Below are positions 1 to 9,215 of a stretch of 64,000 nt of DNA, piece by piece; position 1 is the first letter of the stretch; every line of letters begins with the position of its first letter. The translations under genes were made by a program, and so were the position numbers. Source of the DNA: Terriglobia bacterium (lineage in GTDB: Bacteria > Acidobacteriota > Terriglobia > Terriglobales > Acidobacteriaceae); NCBI GenBank assembly GCA_963802575.1, contig CAWDJF010000001.1:111321-175320 (forward strand), given 5' to 3'. The notes beneath the pieces were generated by a model. That model was not told where the DNA came from, did no database searches, and saw nothing but the letters and a program-made list of their open reading frames with translations.

Positions 1-70
1 GTTCGGATGGCGTCATCCCGGAGGGCGGCGCTCTCCGCGCCAGATCCTTCGCCTGCGGCTCAGGAGGATG
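1..70. repeat. REP-like element, family B (partial, runs off the window edge); shares the core CGCCAGATCC[CT]TCGC...CTCAGGA..GATG with 2527-2614 and 3745-3775
   Basis: Visual alignment of 41-70 with the reverse complement of the left arm at 2527-2564. Confidence 0.6.
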
Positions 71-100
71 TAAGAAAAATTTCGTAATCGCAACTCGAGG

Positions 101-126
101 TGGCCGGCGGGACGCCGGCGCTACTT
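101..126. repeat. REP-like unit, family C: TGGCCGGCGGGACGCCGGCGCTACT (internal hairpin CCGGCG/CGCCGG)
   Basis: The same 25-nt string recurs at 47984-48008 and 52224-52249. Confidence 0.8.
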
Positions 127-1132
127 GACTAACATCATCAATGTCGCGGTTGTCGGAGCGGGGGCCTTCGGGCGTAACCATGCACGCGTGTATCACGAAC
201 TGAGCGGGCAAGATGCATCCATCAAGCTGGCCGCCGTCGTAGACTCCGATCTGGCTCGCGCGGAAGCGACCGCCCAGGAGTACGGCGCACGTGCTTACTC
301 ATCGATCGACCAACTCATCCAGAACGAAGACATCCAAGCCGCCTCGGTCGCGGTCCCTACCGTTCATCATCTCGCAGTCGCCAGCAAGCTGATGGAAGCG
401 GGCATCGACGTTCTCGTCGAGAAGCCGCTCGCCGCCACGTTACAAGAAGCCGACACATTGGTTGCGCTCCTCGAGCGTCTGGGGTGCATCGGTCAAGTCG
501 GACACCTGGAGCGCTTCAATCCCGCGGTGCGCGCGACGCTGCCGCTGATCACCGATCCCATGTTTTTCGAGGTCCACCGCCTGAGCGTGTTCACCCCGCG
601 GTCGCTCGATGTTGACGTTGTGCTCGACCTGATGATCCACGATCTCGATGTGGTGCTCGCCTTCGTAAATTCTCCAGTAAAGGAAATCCGTGCAGTCGGA
701 TTGCCTATCCTTTCCGGCAAGGTCGACATTGCCAATGTCCGGATGGAATTTGAATCGGGATGCGTAGCCAACCTCACCGCCAGCCGTGTCTCGACCGAGC
801 GGGTCCGTAAACTACGCTTCTTCCAGCCCGGCCAGTACATTTCGATCGATTACGGGCGCCAGGACGTGATTGTCTTCAGTGTCGGTGACTCCAGCAATCC
901 TGCCGCGGTTCCTTCCGTGAACCCGCAAATCAGCATGGGCAAGCCCGCAGTTACCGCCGAGGAACCGCTGCACGCCGAGCTGAAGTCGTTTCTCCACAGC
1001 GTCCGGCAACGTTCCCAACCATTGGTCTCGTTCCCCGAAGGCCGCCGCGCCCTGGCGGTGGCTCTTGAAATTGTGGCCGTCATTGCGGAACACAATCAGC
1101 GTCTGCAACTCGAACGGTTGGGCAAGAAGTGA
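125..1132 (+). CDS. Gfo/Idh/MocA family NAD(P)-dependent oxidoreductase
   Basis: N-terminal Rossmann motif VAVVGAGAFGRNH, EKP motif (VLVEKPLA), typical length of 335 aa; TTG start lies inside repeat unit C, so the start is uncertain. Confidence 0.8.
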   Translation: MTNIINVAVVGAGAFGRNHARVYHELSGQDASIKLAAVVDSDLARAEATAQEYGARAYSSIDQLIQNEDIQAASVAVPTVHHLAVASKLMEAGIDVLVEKPLAATLQEADTLVALLERLGCIGQVGHLERFNPAVRATLPLITDPMFFEVHRLSVFTPRSLDVDVVLDLMIHDLDVVLAFVNSPVKEIRAVGLPILSGKVDIANVRMEFESGCVANLTASRVSTERVRKLRFFQPGQYISIDYGRQDVIVFSVGDSSNPAAVPSVNPQISMGKPAVTAEEPLHAELKSFLHSVRQRSQPLVSFPEGRRALAVALEIVAVIAEHNQRLQLERLGKK

Positions 1133-1377
1133 TCCTCAAATCAATGTAAAGATTTGTCACGACAGGACTTGCGCGAAAAACCCAATTTCCGCGAAATCCC
1201 GACGGCCCCATTGACTACTCGCATCCAACCCCTAGGGGCGTACACCATTAGCATTTCGCGAATGCCGGGAAAAGATGCGAGAATAGAGTCACTGGGACGC
1301 AGACGCCAGCGGACTTCCCGACAGCCAGTTTTGGCCAAGGTGGGGTGGTAAGCCGGTCTCAAGGAGACCATCCGCTC

Positions 1378-2517
1378 GTGTCGAAACTGATGACCGGTTC
1401 GATGTCGACAACCCAAATTCCGCCCGGAGCTCCAGCCGCTCCGCCGCCTCGCCCCGACGGCACCGATCTCTATGACGCGAGCGGGTGGGAGACTGCCTAC
1501 CGGCAGATGCACGATGTTCCGGCCCTGCTGATTCAATTACAGGATGATCTCTCGCGTGCCCGCCGCCGCGAGGCGCTGTGGATGTCGGTCATCGTTCACT
1601 TGACGCTCGTCATCCTCATCATGAACTCCGACCGCTTCATGAACCTGTTTCCGCATCGCGCCGTGATTGTCATGAGTCCTGACATGATGAAGCAAAAGGA
1701 CCTGACCTATCTCGAGCTGCCGCCGGATGAACAGAAGATCACCAAGCGTCCGGAAACCAACAACATTTCCGACAAAGACCGGGTCGCCACCACGCGCAAG
1801 CCGCAACTCGACACCAAGGAATTGAAGAAGATTCTCGACGCCGGCCGCAGAGGAGCGCCGGGAGCGGCAGCGCCGTCGGCGCCTCCTACGCCACAAGCCC
1901 CGCCTCCGGTAATGGCGCAAAATACGCCACCGCAGATGCAGCCACCCGAGGAGCAGGCGCCTCAGCAGCAGACGCCGCCTCCGGGACGTGTGGCAAAGCT
2001 GAATCTGCCGCCGTCTGGTCCCGCACCGAGTTTTAACACTGGCATGTCAGCCGGCTCGGCGATTGCGCAAGCGGCCCGCGCCGCCGCGCAGAATCGCGGG
2101 GGCTATGGCGGAGGCGACGGCGATGGCGGCAATTACGGGCTCGGCCAGGGAAATCAGGCTAAGGCTGAGGATAACCTGGAAATTCTCAGCGACACCATGG
2201 GTGTGGATTTCCAACCTTACCTGCAGCGCGTCTTACACGACGTGCGCCAGAACTGGTACAACCTGATTCCCGAAGTCGCCCGCGCTCCGCTGATGAAGAA
2301 GGGCAAAGTATCGATTGAGTTTGCTATCACCAAAGATGGGAAAGTGGCGGGCATGCAATACGTTTCCAGCTCCGGAGACGTCGCGCTCGACCGCGCGGCC
2401 TACGGTGGGATCACCGCCTCCAATCCGTTTCCTCCACTCCCCAGCGAATTTCGCGGATCGTATCTAGAGCTCCGCTTCAACTTCTTCTACAACCCCGACG
2501 CCACGGATTTGCGGTAG
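1378..2517 (+). CDS. TonB family energy transducer (N-terminal TM helix, Pro/Gln-rich spacer, C-terminal TonB domain)
   Basis: TM segment LWMSVIVHLTLVILIM, long PPxPQ-rich linker, C-terminal GKVSIEFAITKDGKV...ALDRAAYGGITASNPFPPLP. ORF opens at 1345; GTG 1378 has AGGAG 11 nt upstream; ATG 1390 is also possible. Confidence 0.75.
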   Translation: MSKLMTGSMSTTQIPPGAPAAPPPRPDGTDLYDASGWETAYRQMHDVPALLIQLQDDLSRARRREALWMSVIVHLTLVILIMNSDRFMNLFPHRAVIVMSPDMMKQKDLTYLELPPDEQKITKRPETNNISDKDRVATTRKPQLDTKELKKILDAGRRGAPGAAAPSAPPTPQAPPPVMAQNTPPQMQPPEEQAPQQQTPPPGRVAKLNLPPSGPAPSFNTGMSAGSAIAQAARAAAQNRGGYGGGDGDGGNYGLGQGNQAKAEDNLEILSDTMGVDFQPYLQRVLHDVRQNWYNLIPEVARAPLMKKGKVSIEFAITKDGKVAGMQYVSSSGDVALDRAAYGGITASNPFPPLPSEFRGSYLELRFNFFYNPDATDLR

Positions 2518-2526
2518 CTCTATGTT

Positions 2527-2614
2527 GACGTCATCCTGAGCCCGAGAGGGCGAAGGATCTGGCGCGCATCATCGGCTCCACGCCAGATCCCTCGCTTCGC
2601 TTCGGGATGACGTC
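2527..2614. repeat. Near-perfect 88-nt palindrome (REP-like family B, complete unit) between convergent genes; likely bidirectional terminator
   Basis: GACGTCATCCTGAGCCCGAGAGGGCGAAGGATCTGGCG ... CGCCAGATCCCTCGCTTCGCTTCGGGATGACGTC; sits between the TonB stop (2517) and the tdh stop (2642). Confidence 0.75.
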
Positions 2615-2641
2615 ATAAGAGAAGAAATTGGAAGACGGGAC

Positions 2642-3694
2642 TTACTTCGTGCCGTTGGGGTACACCAGAATCTTGCTGGCCTCACCAGTCTTCAGCCGCT
2701 CCATGGCCTTGGAGAAATCTTTCATGGCGATGCGATCGGTAATCACCGGATGCAGATCGAGTTTCCCCGCCTTGAGCAGTGCCGTCATCTGAAACCAGGT
2801 CTGGTACATGCGCCGGCCGTTGATGCCTTGCACCGTGATGCCCTTAAAAATAATGTCTTCGGAAAAATTCACTGGGATGGGTTTGGAGGTAAGTCCTAGA
2901 AGGGAGATGCGCCCGCCGCGCCGCACAATGTTGAAGGCTGTTCGAATCGCGTCGGGATGCCCCGCCATCTCGAGCACCACATCGACGCCGAGCCCTCCTG
3001 TTTTCTCCATCACGATCGCGTTGACATCTTCTTTCGACGGATCGAGCGCGTAATCGGCCTTCATCTCTTTCGCCAGACGGCGGCGATGCTCGTTGACTTC
3101 GATCGCAAACACGGTGGTCGCACCCACCGCTCGGGCCACTGCAATCGAAAACAATCCAATCGGGCCGCAACCGGTGATCGCCACGGTCTTGGCCGCAATC
3201 TCTCCGGCCAGCACAGTGTGTACCGCGTTCCCGAGCGGATCGAGAATCGACGCGTACTCGATCGGGATCTCGGGATCGAGCTTCCAGATGTTGGTCTCGG
3301 GAATGACAACGTACTCCGCAAACGCACCATCGGCGTCAACGCCAATAATCTTTACGTTCTGGCAAATGTGAGCTTCGCCAGTACGGCATAGCAGGCACTT
3401 GCCGCAGGCTACATGCATCTCGGCGGAAACAAAGTCGCCTTCCTTGACACTGGTGACCTCATCGCCGAAAGCCACTACCTCTCCGCAGAACTCGTGGCCT
3501 GGAATGAGCGGAGGATGAATCCGTCCTTGCGCCCACCGGTCCCACTCGTAAATATGAAGATCGGTCCCGCAGATGGAAGCGACTTTGACTTTGACCAAAA
3601 CATCGGTTCGGCCAAACGTCGGAATCTTGACCTCGCGGATCTCCGCGCCCGGCGCAGCAGTCGGCTTAACGACCGCCATCATGGTATTTGGCAT
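2642..3694 (-). CDS. tdh: L-threonine 3-dehydrogenase (Zn-dependent MDR family)
   Basis: ASICGTDLHIYEWDRWAQGRI..PLIPGHEFCGEVV, structural Zn Cys cluster CGKCLLCRTGEAHIC, GCGPIG nucleotide-binding motif. Confidence 0.88.
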   Translation of the reverse strand: MPNTMMAVVKPTAAPGAEIREVKIPTFGRTDVLVKVKVASICGTDLHIYEWDRWAQGRIHPPLIPGHEFCGEVVAFGDEVTSVKEGDFVSAEMHVACGKCLLCRTGEAHICQNVKIIGVDADGAFAEYVVIPETNIWKLDPEIPIEYASILDPLGNAVHTVLAGEIAAKTVAITGCGPIGLFSIAVARAVGATTVFAIEVNEHRRRLAKEMKADYALDPSKEDVNAIVMEKTGGLGVDVVLEMAGHPDAIRTAFNIVRRGGRISLLGLTSKPIPVNFSEDIIFKGITVQGINGRRMYQTWFQMTALLKAGKLDLHPVITDRIAMKDFSKAMERLKTGEASKILVYPNGTK

Positions 3695-3744
3695 GTATGA
3701 ATTCCTCTCGGCAACAATAGAACCGTGACATCAAAACCGCGACG

Positions 3745-3775
3745 CGCCAGATCCCTCGCTTCGCTCGGGATGACG
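3745..3775. repeat. REP-like family B half-unit
   Basis: CGCCAGATCCCTCGCTTCGCTCGGGATGACG nearly matches the right arm at 2581-2614. Confidence 0.7.
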
Positions 3776-3853
3776 GCATTCAAGGCTTGCCTCTCCGCTC
3801 TCCCAATTCATCCGGAGCGCACCGAGCAAACGTATGATTCTAGCATCGCACGT

Positions 3854-4309
3854 TCACTTTGCGACGCTGGTCGCCTGCGAAGCCGCAAGCAGCCACTTCC
3901 CGCCGCGCTTCAGGAACACATCGGTCTGCCGTGAGAAAAAAGTATCCACACGTCCGTTCCGTCGTTGCACCATGGTGAAATGCCCGGTCACGATCCCCGT
4001 GTCGCCGTAGACCCGGATATTCAACTCTTCGGGAGCAAGATCGAGAACCTTTTCTTTGCCGTCCCGCAACGCCGCCATCATGGCCGTCTTGTTTTGTATT
4101 ACGCCATTGCGATCGCTCAAAATGTAGTCGTCCATCAGATGCGACGAATATTGGTCCCAATCTGCGTGAATGATCATTTGCGCCATATCCAACTCCGCCT
4201 TTTTAACTTCGGCTTCGTTTGGTGAATTGGCATCTGCGCGCATTGCATCTTGAGGAAGAGCAGGCAGAGCGATCGCACCCAGCAACAGCAACAACCAACA
4301 GATTTTCAT
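3854..4309 (-). CDS. Secreted SnoaL/NTF2-like (DUF4440-like) protein
   Basis: Signal peptide MKICWLLLLLGAIALPALPQ; NTF2-like length and pattern (DWDQYSSHLMDDYI...RKGGKWLL). Confidence 0.55.
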   Translation of the reverse strand: MKICWLLLLLGAIALPALPQDAMRADANSPNEAEVKKAELDMAQMIIHADWDQYSSHLMDDYILSDRNGVIQNKTAMMAALRDGKEKVLDLAPEELNIRVYGDTGIVTGHFTMVQRRNGRVDTFFSRQTDVFLKRGGKWLLAASQATSVAK

Positions 4310-4361
4310 GTTCAATCTCAAAGGCCTTCTTCTGCTGCGTCTCTACAGAAAACCGGCCGCG

Positions 4362-4907
4362 CTACCTTGCCTTCTGCTTCTCGATCATTGCCGCGTTGAA
4401 CTCCTCCGACTTGCCTCGCGGCACACTTAGTGTCTTCCATTCGGCAGATCGCAGATGCTTCGCGAGAAACACAATCTGTCCGATGTGATATGCGTAGTGC
4501 GCCACCTGCCGGTTCAGCGCCTGCAACACCGTATGCGGCTCGCCGCGAATAGTGACGGTTTTCATCACTTCGTCGGGCGTCAATGATTCCACGGCGCTGA
4601 ATACATGGCCCCAACCCGTCTCCCACCAGCGCATGACTTCGTCCCGCGTCGTCATCGGACCGATTTCAAATTCCTGATCGCGGTGGCGGTCGGGCTTCTC
4701 TCCGTCGCAGGTGAGGAAGTCCACAAAGCGCGAGCGCATATTTCCCGCCAAGTGTTTCACCACCACCGCGACCGAATTCGATTCGGCGTCGATCGTGATG
4801 AAGAAATCCTCGTCCCTAAGCTGCGCCATCGCGCCTTCCGCCAATCGTTTGTGCCCGCGAAACTGGCGGCGCACTTCCTCGAGGTAATGCTCAGTCATCG
4901 TATTCAT
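4362..4907 (-). CDS. DinB-superfamily protein (DUF1572-like)
   Basis: Pattern VVKHLAGNMRSRF...HYAYHIGQIVFLAKHL, typical of DinB/DUF1572 four-helix bundles; the ATG overlaps the hyuB stop as ATGA (4904-4907). Confidence 0.65.
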   Translation of the reverse strand: MNTMTEHYLEEVRRQFRGHKRLAEGAMAQLRDEDFFITIDAESNSVAVVVKHLAGNMRSRFVDFLTCDGEKPDRHRDQEFEIGPMTTRDEVMRWWETGWGHVFSAVESLTPDEVMKTVTIRGEPHTVLQALNRQVAHYAYHIGQIVFLAKHLRSAEWKTLSVPRGKSEEFNAAMIEKQKAR

Positions 4908-6508
4908 GCTTTCCCCCAACCCCCGGCCCCCGGCGATTCAATGCGAATGCGCTCGCCCTTGCACAGTCGAACATTGAACTTTCCCGGCAATGTCTCAACC
5001 GATCCATCGCTCCGCAAGGCTTCTGCTTTACCTACCATACCGTCGTCTCCACCATTCAACCCGTAAGGCCCACGTTCTCTGCGATCGGAAAGCAGTGTAA
5101 CTTCCGCATCGGTGAGCACTTCGATTTCGCGCACCACCCCATCGCCACCCACATGTTGTCCGCCACCTCCGCTTCCTTTCCGCAACGAATATCGTCGCAC
5201 TCGCAGCGGATACGCGTACTCCAGCGCCTCCGCCGGGGTGTTCAGCGAATTGGTCATGTGGGTATGCACCCCTGATATACCGGCTTTCGTGGGACGCGCG
5301 CCCATTCCGCCCGCGATGGTCTCGTAATAAGCGAACGGCTCGCCGGTACGCGGGTTGGTCCCACCGATGGTCAGATTGTTCATCGTCCCCGAAGCCGCCG
5401 CTGGAATCCGCTCAGGGAGCGCCAACGCCAGAGCGCGGAGCAGCACATCCACAATGCGTTGCGAAGTCTCCACGTTCCCTCCCGCTACCGCTGCTGGAGG
5501 ACGCGCATTCACAACACTTCCCTCCGGTGTGATGACTTGAATGGGGCGCATCAACCCCGCGGTTGCCGGCACATCTTCGGCAAGTAGACAACGAAACACA
5601 TAAAAGCACGCTGAGAAAGTAATCGCCTCGACCGCGTTGATCGATCCCTCTACCTGCGGCGAAGAGCCACTGAAATTTACCGAGACCATGTGGCGCGGAC
5701 GCCCTCGTCCGCGTCTCTCATGAGAGGCAAATGTAATGGCTACAGAAATTCTGACTGGACGATCGCTGATCCCGTCGTTATCGAGAAAATCTTCCGCACG
5801 GTACGTCCCAGGCTTCACCTGCGTGAGAAACGCCCGCATCATCTCCTCGGAATATTCCAGCAGATCCCCAGCCGCGTGCTTAGCCTTAGCCAGTCCATAG
5901 CGCGCACAAACTTCGCGCAACCGTTCGGTGCCGGTGTGACACGCCGCCATCTGCGCTCCTAAATCGCCTTCCCGCTCCTCTGGAGTACGCACGTTATTCA
6001 GCAGCAAATCGAGCACATCGCGTTCCATCTTTCCTCCGCGCATGATGCGCACCGGAGGAATGCGCAAGCCTTCCTGATAAATCTCCCGGCACAGACCCAT
6101 TGATCCCGGATACGCTCCCCCAACGTCCGCATGATGCGCGCGCGATGCCACGAAGAAATCAGGCTTGCGACTCTTCTTCGAAAAGTAAAACGGGGCCACC
6201 AAGGTGATGTCGGGCAAGTGCGTGCCCCCGCGAAAAGGATCGTTCAGCATCACCACGTCGCCCGGGGCCAACACAAATTTTTCAATCGCCGCACGCACCG
6301 ACATCGGCATCGACCCCAGATGGACGGGCATGTGATCGCCCATGGCAATTACTTCACTTGCTTCATCGAACACCGCGCAGGAATAATCGCGCCGCTCTTT
6401 GATGTTGGGCGAAAAGGCCGTCCGGCGTAGGGCTGCGCCCATCTCTTCGGCAATAGAGTGATAAATGTTTTTGAAAATTTCCAGTTCGATGGGATCGTGT
6501 CGCGCCAT
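4904..6508 (-). CDS. hyuB: Hydantoinase B/oxoprolinase family protein
   Basis: N-terminus [44 protein letters not shown] and [10 protein letters not shown] near the C-terminus are characteristic of the family; no adjacent HyuA-type partner. Confidence 0.85.
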   Translation of the reverse strand: MARHDPIELEIFKNIYHSIAEEMGAALRRTAFSPNIKERRDYSCAVFDEASEVIAMGDHMPVHLGSMPMSVRAAIEKFVLAPGDVVMLNDPFRGGTHLPDITLVAPFYFSKKSRKPDFFVASRAHHADVGGAYPGSMGLCREIYQEGLRIPPVRIMRGGKMERDVLDLLLNNVRTPEEREGDLGAQMAACHTGTERLREVCARYGLAKAKHAAGDLLEYSEEMMRAFLTQVKPGTYRAEDFLDNDGISDRPVRISVAITFASHERRGRGRPRHMVSVNFSGSSPQVEGSINAVEAITFSACFYVFRCLLAEDVPATAGLMRPIQVITPEGSVVNARPPAAVAGGNVETSQRIVDVLLRALALALPERIPAAASGTMNNLTIGGTNPRTGEPFAYYETIAGGMGARPTKAGISGVHTHMTNSLNTPAEALEYAYPLRVRRYSLRKGSGGGGQHVGGDGVVREIEVLTDAEVTLLSDRRERGPYGLNGGDDGMVGKAEALRSDGSVETLPGKFNVRLCKGERIRIESPGAGGWGKA

Positions 6509-6579
6509 ATTTGCGCAGTGTACGCGAATCCGTTTTCCCCGGTAGCCTCGAAATCAACCTCGCGTCAAGCAGAATTATG

Positions 6580-6608
6580 TTGACATTCGAGGTAATCATA
6601 CGCAATAT
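6580..6608 (+). promoter_or_regulatory. Candidate sigma70-type promoter TTGACA-N17-CAATAT
   Basis: Perfect -35 hexamer at 6580-6585, weak -10 at 6603-6608; about 105 nt upstream of the micro-ORF. Confidence 0.35.
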
Positions 6609-6713
6609 CTTGGGGTAGAGAGATTGCCCATGCTACGAGTTGGGCAGCAAGTTGCAACTGGGGCCCTAGTTTCAATGTCCTTGCAAGGGAAAATCGTTCA
6701 CGGAGGAAACTTC

Positions 6714-6758
6714 ATGCCAGCAAAGAAAAAGGCTGCGAAGAAGAAAAAGAAACACTAA
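6714..6758 (+). CDS. 14-codon lysine-rich micro-ORF (MPAKKKAAKKKKKH)
   Basis: ATG 6714 preceded by GGAGGA at 6702-6707 (6-nt spacer); TAA at 6756; followed by two hairpins, the second a terminator. Confidence 0.35.
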   Translation: MPAKKKAAKKKKKH

Positions 6759-6798
6759 CCGCTAGCGAGACGATTCTCGCTCGGACCGAAACATCACG

Positions 6799-6832
6799 GC
6801 CTCTCGAGAGAAGCACCTCACGAGAGGCTTTT
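6799..6832 (+). terminator. Rho-independent terminator (GCCTCTCG / CGAGAGGC stem followed by TTTT)
   Basis: 8-bp GC-rich stem 6799-6806 / 6821-6828, then TTTT 6829-6832. Confidence 0.6.
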
Positions 6833-6935
6833 CCATCTCTACTACGTGCCCTCCGGCTCTAATCTCCTGTAAAATCCAGGTTGTGACCGGGACCGTATCG
6901 TGCTAGAAACGCGATAGGCACCCAATCGGGCTTCC

Positions 6936-7328
6936 ATGACCACGAAGACCAAAGCGACAGTCAAGAGCGCGGAGATCATCATCCCCGAGAAGCTGTATTT
7001 CCGCATCGGGGAAGTCGCCGAACTCTGCCGATTGCCCGCGTACGTCCTGCGTTTCTGGGAAACGGAGTTCCCACAACTCAAGCCGGTCAAGAGCAACACT
7101 GGCCAGCGGATGTACCGTCGCAAGGATGTCGAGAACGTTCTGAAGATTAAGAAGCTGCTCTATGAAGAAGGATTCACCATCGCGGGTGCGCGACAGCATC
7201 TGCGCGCCGATGGCAAAGCTGACAAGAAGCAGAATCCGCTTCCCTTTCCGGCTCCGGCAGCCAGCGATCTGCGTTACATCCGCCAGGGGCTGAACGAAAT
7301 TCTCACCATGCTGTCACCCCGGCGCTAA
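6936..7328 (+). CDS. MerR family transcriptional regulator
   Basis: HTH region YFRIGEVAELCRLPAYVLRFWETEFPQLKPVKSNTGQRMYRRKDV. Confidence 0.85.
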   Translation: MTTKTKATVKSAEIIIPEKLYFRIGEVAELCRLPAYVLRFWETEFPQLKPVKSNTGQRMYRRKDVENVLKIKKLLYEEGFTIAGARQHLRADGKADKKQNPLPFPAPAASDLRYIRQGLNEILTMLSPRR

Positions 7329-7334
7329 CGCCGC

Positions 7335-8024
7335 ATGCGTTCTCCCAAGAATCTGATCGCACTTGGTGTGGGTTTTTTTCTAGCGATTGTTTTCTGGATG
7401 ATCTCGTCGTCATCCCACTCAAGCCGCGATTCCGACAAGAAGAAACAAGACCCGGCAACAGGGACGTATGAACCCGGCGAACTCGATCGCATCGAGCACG
7501 CCGTTCGATTAGCTCGCGCCTGGCATGCCACCACGACTGGCCGCCTGGGCGCCGAACTTTTTCAGACCGAAGAGGATGTCGTCTGCCCCTCTGACACGCA
7601 CGTCGTCACGCGCTCTCTCACCTCCGCCGGGCCCGGGGATGTAACAGAGGAATTCATTACCACCTCCAACATGATTTACGCGCGCGAAGCAGGCCAGGCA
7701 TGGCGCTCCGAAACCGATCCGTCTCTCGACAAATGTCATTCGGGCCCTTCCGCAGGATCGCAAAAACTGCTGACTCTGTTGGAGCCAATGAAACACACCG
7801 TCCGCATGACAGAAGGCCCAATGATCAAATTGAGCGACGGCAACTGCCGCCTATGGGATCTTTCCGGCGCCTCGAACCTTCCCTTCCATTCCATCTGTGT
7901 CGAAGAATCCACGCACTACCCGCGCCGCCTGCAGATCGGAGGCTTGCTGGTCGAGTATTCCAAATGGAATCAACCCGCACTGATCGAGCCGCCAGAGATG
8001 GCGGCTCCGCACGCGATCCCGTGA
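7335..8024 (+). CDS. Hypothetical membrane-anchored protein
   Basis: N-terminal TM helix LIALGVGFFLAIVFWMI; 6 nt after the merR stop; no recognisable domain. Confidence 0.5.
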   Translation: MRSPKNLIALGVGFFLAIVFWMISSSSHSSRDSDKKKQDPATGTYEPGELDRIEHAVRLARAWHATTTGRLGAELFQTEEDVVCPSDTHVVTRSLTSAGPGDVTEEFITTSNMIYAREAGQAWRSETDPSLDKCHSGPSAGSQKLLTLLEPMKHTVRMTEGPMIKLSDGNCRLWDLSGASNLPFHSICVEESTHYPRRLQIGGLLVEYSKWNQPALIEPPEMAAPHAIP

Positions 8025-8197
8025 TTCTGCGCGCGTTTTTCGAAAGCTGGCTGGAGCAAGACCAACTCCCGAGGTGTGGAAATCTCGTGTCCCGCGCTTG
8101 TGCTATAGTTCCACCGCTCTTGGAATGAGCTGCCGCCGCGGCCTGAGCACCCGGCGGTTGAAAGCCTTCCCCTGCGATACGCTTGCCATTTTGTCTA

Positions 8198-8230
8198 CCC
8201 GCCGATGGCCAATCGGCGGGTTTATTTTTT
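8198..8230 (+). terminator. Rho-independent terminator (CCCGCCGAT / ATCGGCGGG followed by TTTATTTTTT)
   Basis: 9-bp stem with a 5-nt loop and a U-rich tail. Confidence 0.75.
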
Positions 8231-8571
8231 GTAAAGACTAGTCCTGCCAATTTTGAACCAGGAATTTACGGCAGCTTTTGCTTCTCCAGCAGAAATTAAC
8301 TGCAAGGCGGGTGCTCATGAACCGTACGGTTAGCGGAGCCATCCCCCGCCGTACGGCCTGGCTTCCCCGGCGTGCGGTTCGAACGGCCAACCTCGTTGCG
8401 AATGTGTCACTTGTCCCCGCCTTGCGGAAATCCTCTCGCCTCTCCTCGATTGTGGCACGCCATTTGCCTTAAGCATTGGCGACACCGGTTATCAAAACCG
8501 TTGTTGAGTGTGATGAACGGCAATACCGCTCTTTCAAGTTCGCCGTGTACAACACACCTTAAGGAGGAGAT

Positions 8572-8994
8572 ATGAAAAAGCAACTGATGACTCTCGTCGG
8601 CGTGCTGAGCGTGATGTTGGCGGCCGGACCGGCACTTGCGCAGACTGTGCATGTTCGCAGCAATATCCCATTCAACTTCGTCGTCGACAAAGCAACGCTT
8701 CCCGCCGGCCAATATGACGTTCGCACCGTTTCCGCGGGGACGGACAGCATCCTGCTGCTCAGCGGACTCGACACCCATGCCAACGCGATGATCGGATCCA
8801 ATGACATCGAATCTTCCGACGCTTCAAACGAAACTAAGCTGGTCTTCGATCATGTCGGAGATCGCTACTTCTTGAGGCAGATCTGGGTGGAAGGCGAAAC
8901 GGCGGGCCGCGAATTCCCAAAGACCAAATACGAGAACGAACTCGCTTCGATCCGCATGCCAGACAGAGTTGTGGTCATGGCACGGCTGAAGTAA
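8572..8994 (+). CDS. Small secreted hypothetical protein
   Basis: AAGGAGGAG RBS; signal peptide MKKQLMTLVGVLSVMLAAGPALAQ. Confidence 0.6.
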   Translation: MKKQLMTLVGVLSVMLAAGPALAQTVHVRSNIPFNFVVDKATLPAGQYDVRTVSAGTDSILLLSGLDTHANAMIGSNDIESSDASNETKLVFDHVGDRYFLRQIWVEGETAGREFPKTKYENELASIRMPDRVVVMARLK

Positions 8995-9031
8995 AGCGCG
9001 TTCATCTGATTTCAGGAACGTTAGTCTGAGC

Positions 9032-9056
9032 AAAGGGCACACACGGTGTGCCCTTT
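9032..9056. terminator. Hairpin AAAGGGCACA-CACGG-TGTGCCCTTT (A/T-flanked, possible bidirectional terminator)
   Basis: 10-bp perfect stem 38 nt after the 8994 stop. Confidence 0.45.
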
Positions 9057-9215
9057 GTCACGTTCCATGAACGACTGCCGGTCAGGACCAGTTGTGCCAG
9101 TGACCCGCCTCCCCAACGCGAGCGTAATAGCGTAACCTTGTAGGCTGCTTAAGACAGCGGCGCAACTCTCGCTTCCGTCTCAACAACCCTTTCCCCGAAG
9201 TTGACGGAGTTCTTC

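Noticed and set aside
8240-8571. 330-nt ORF-free region upstream of the small secreted protein gene as a known riboswitch or ncRNA (SRP, 6S, RNase P, tmRNA, c-di-GMP)
   Set aside because: None of the signature sequences I know for these RNAs is present; it may simply be a long leader or promoter region.
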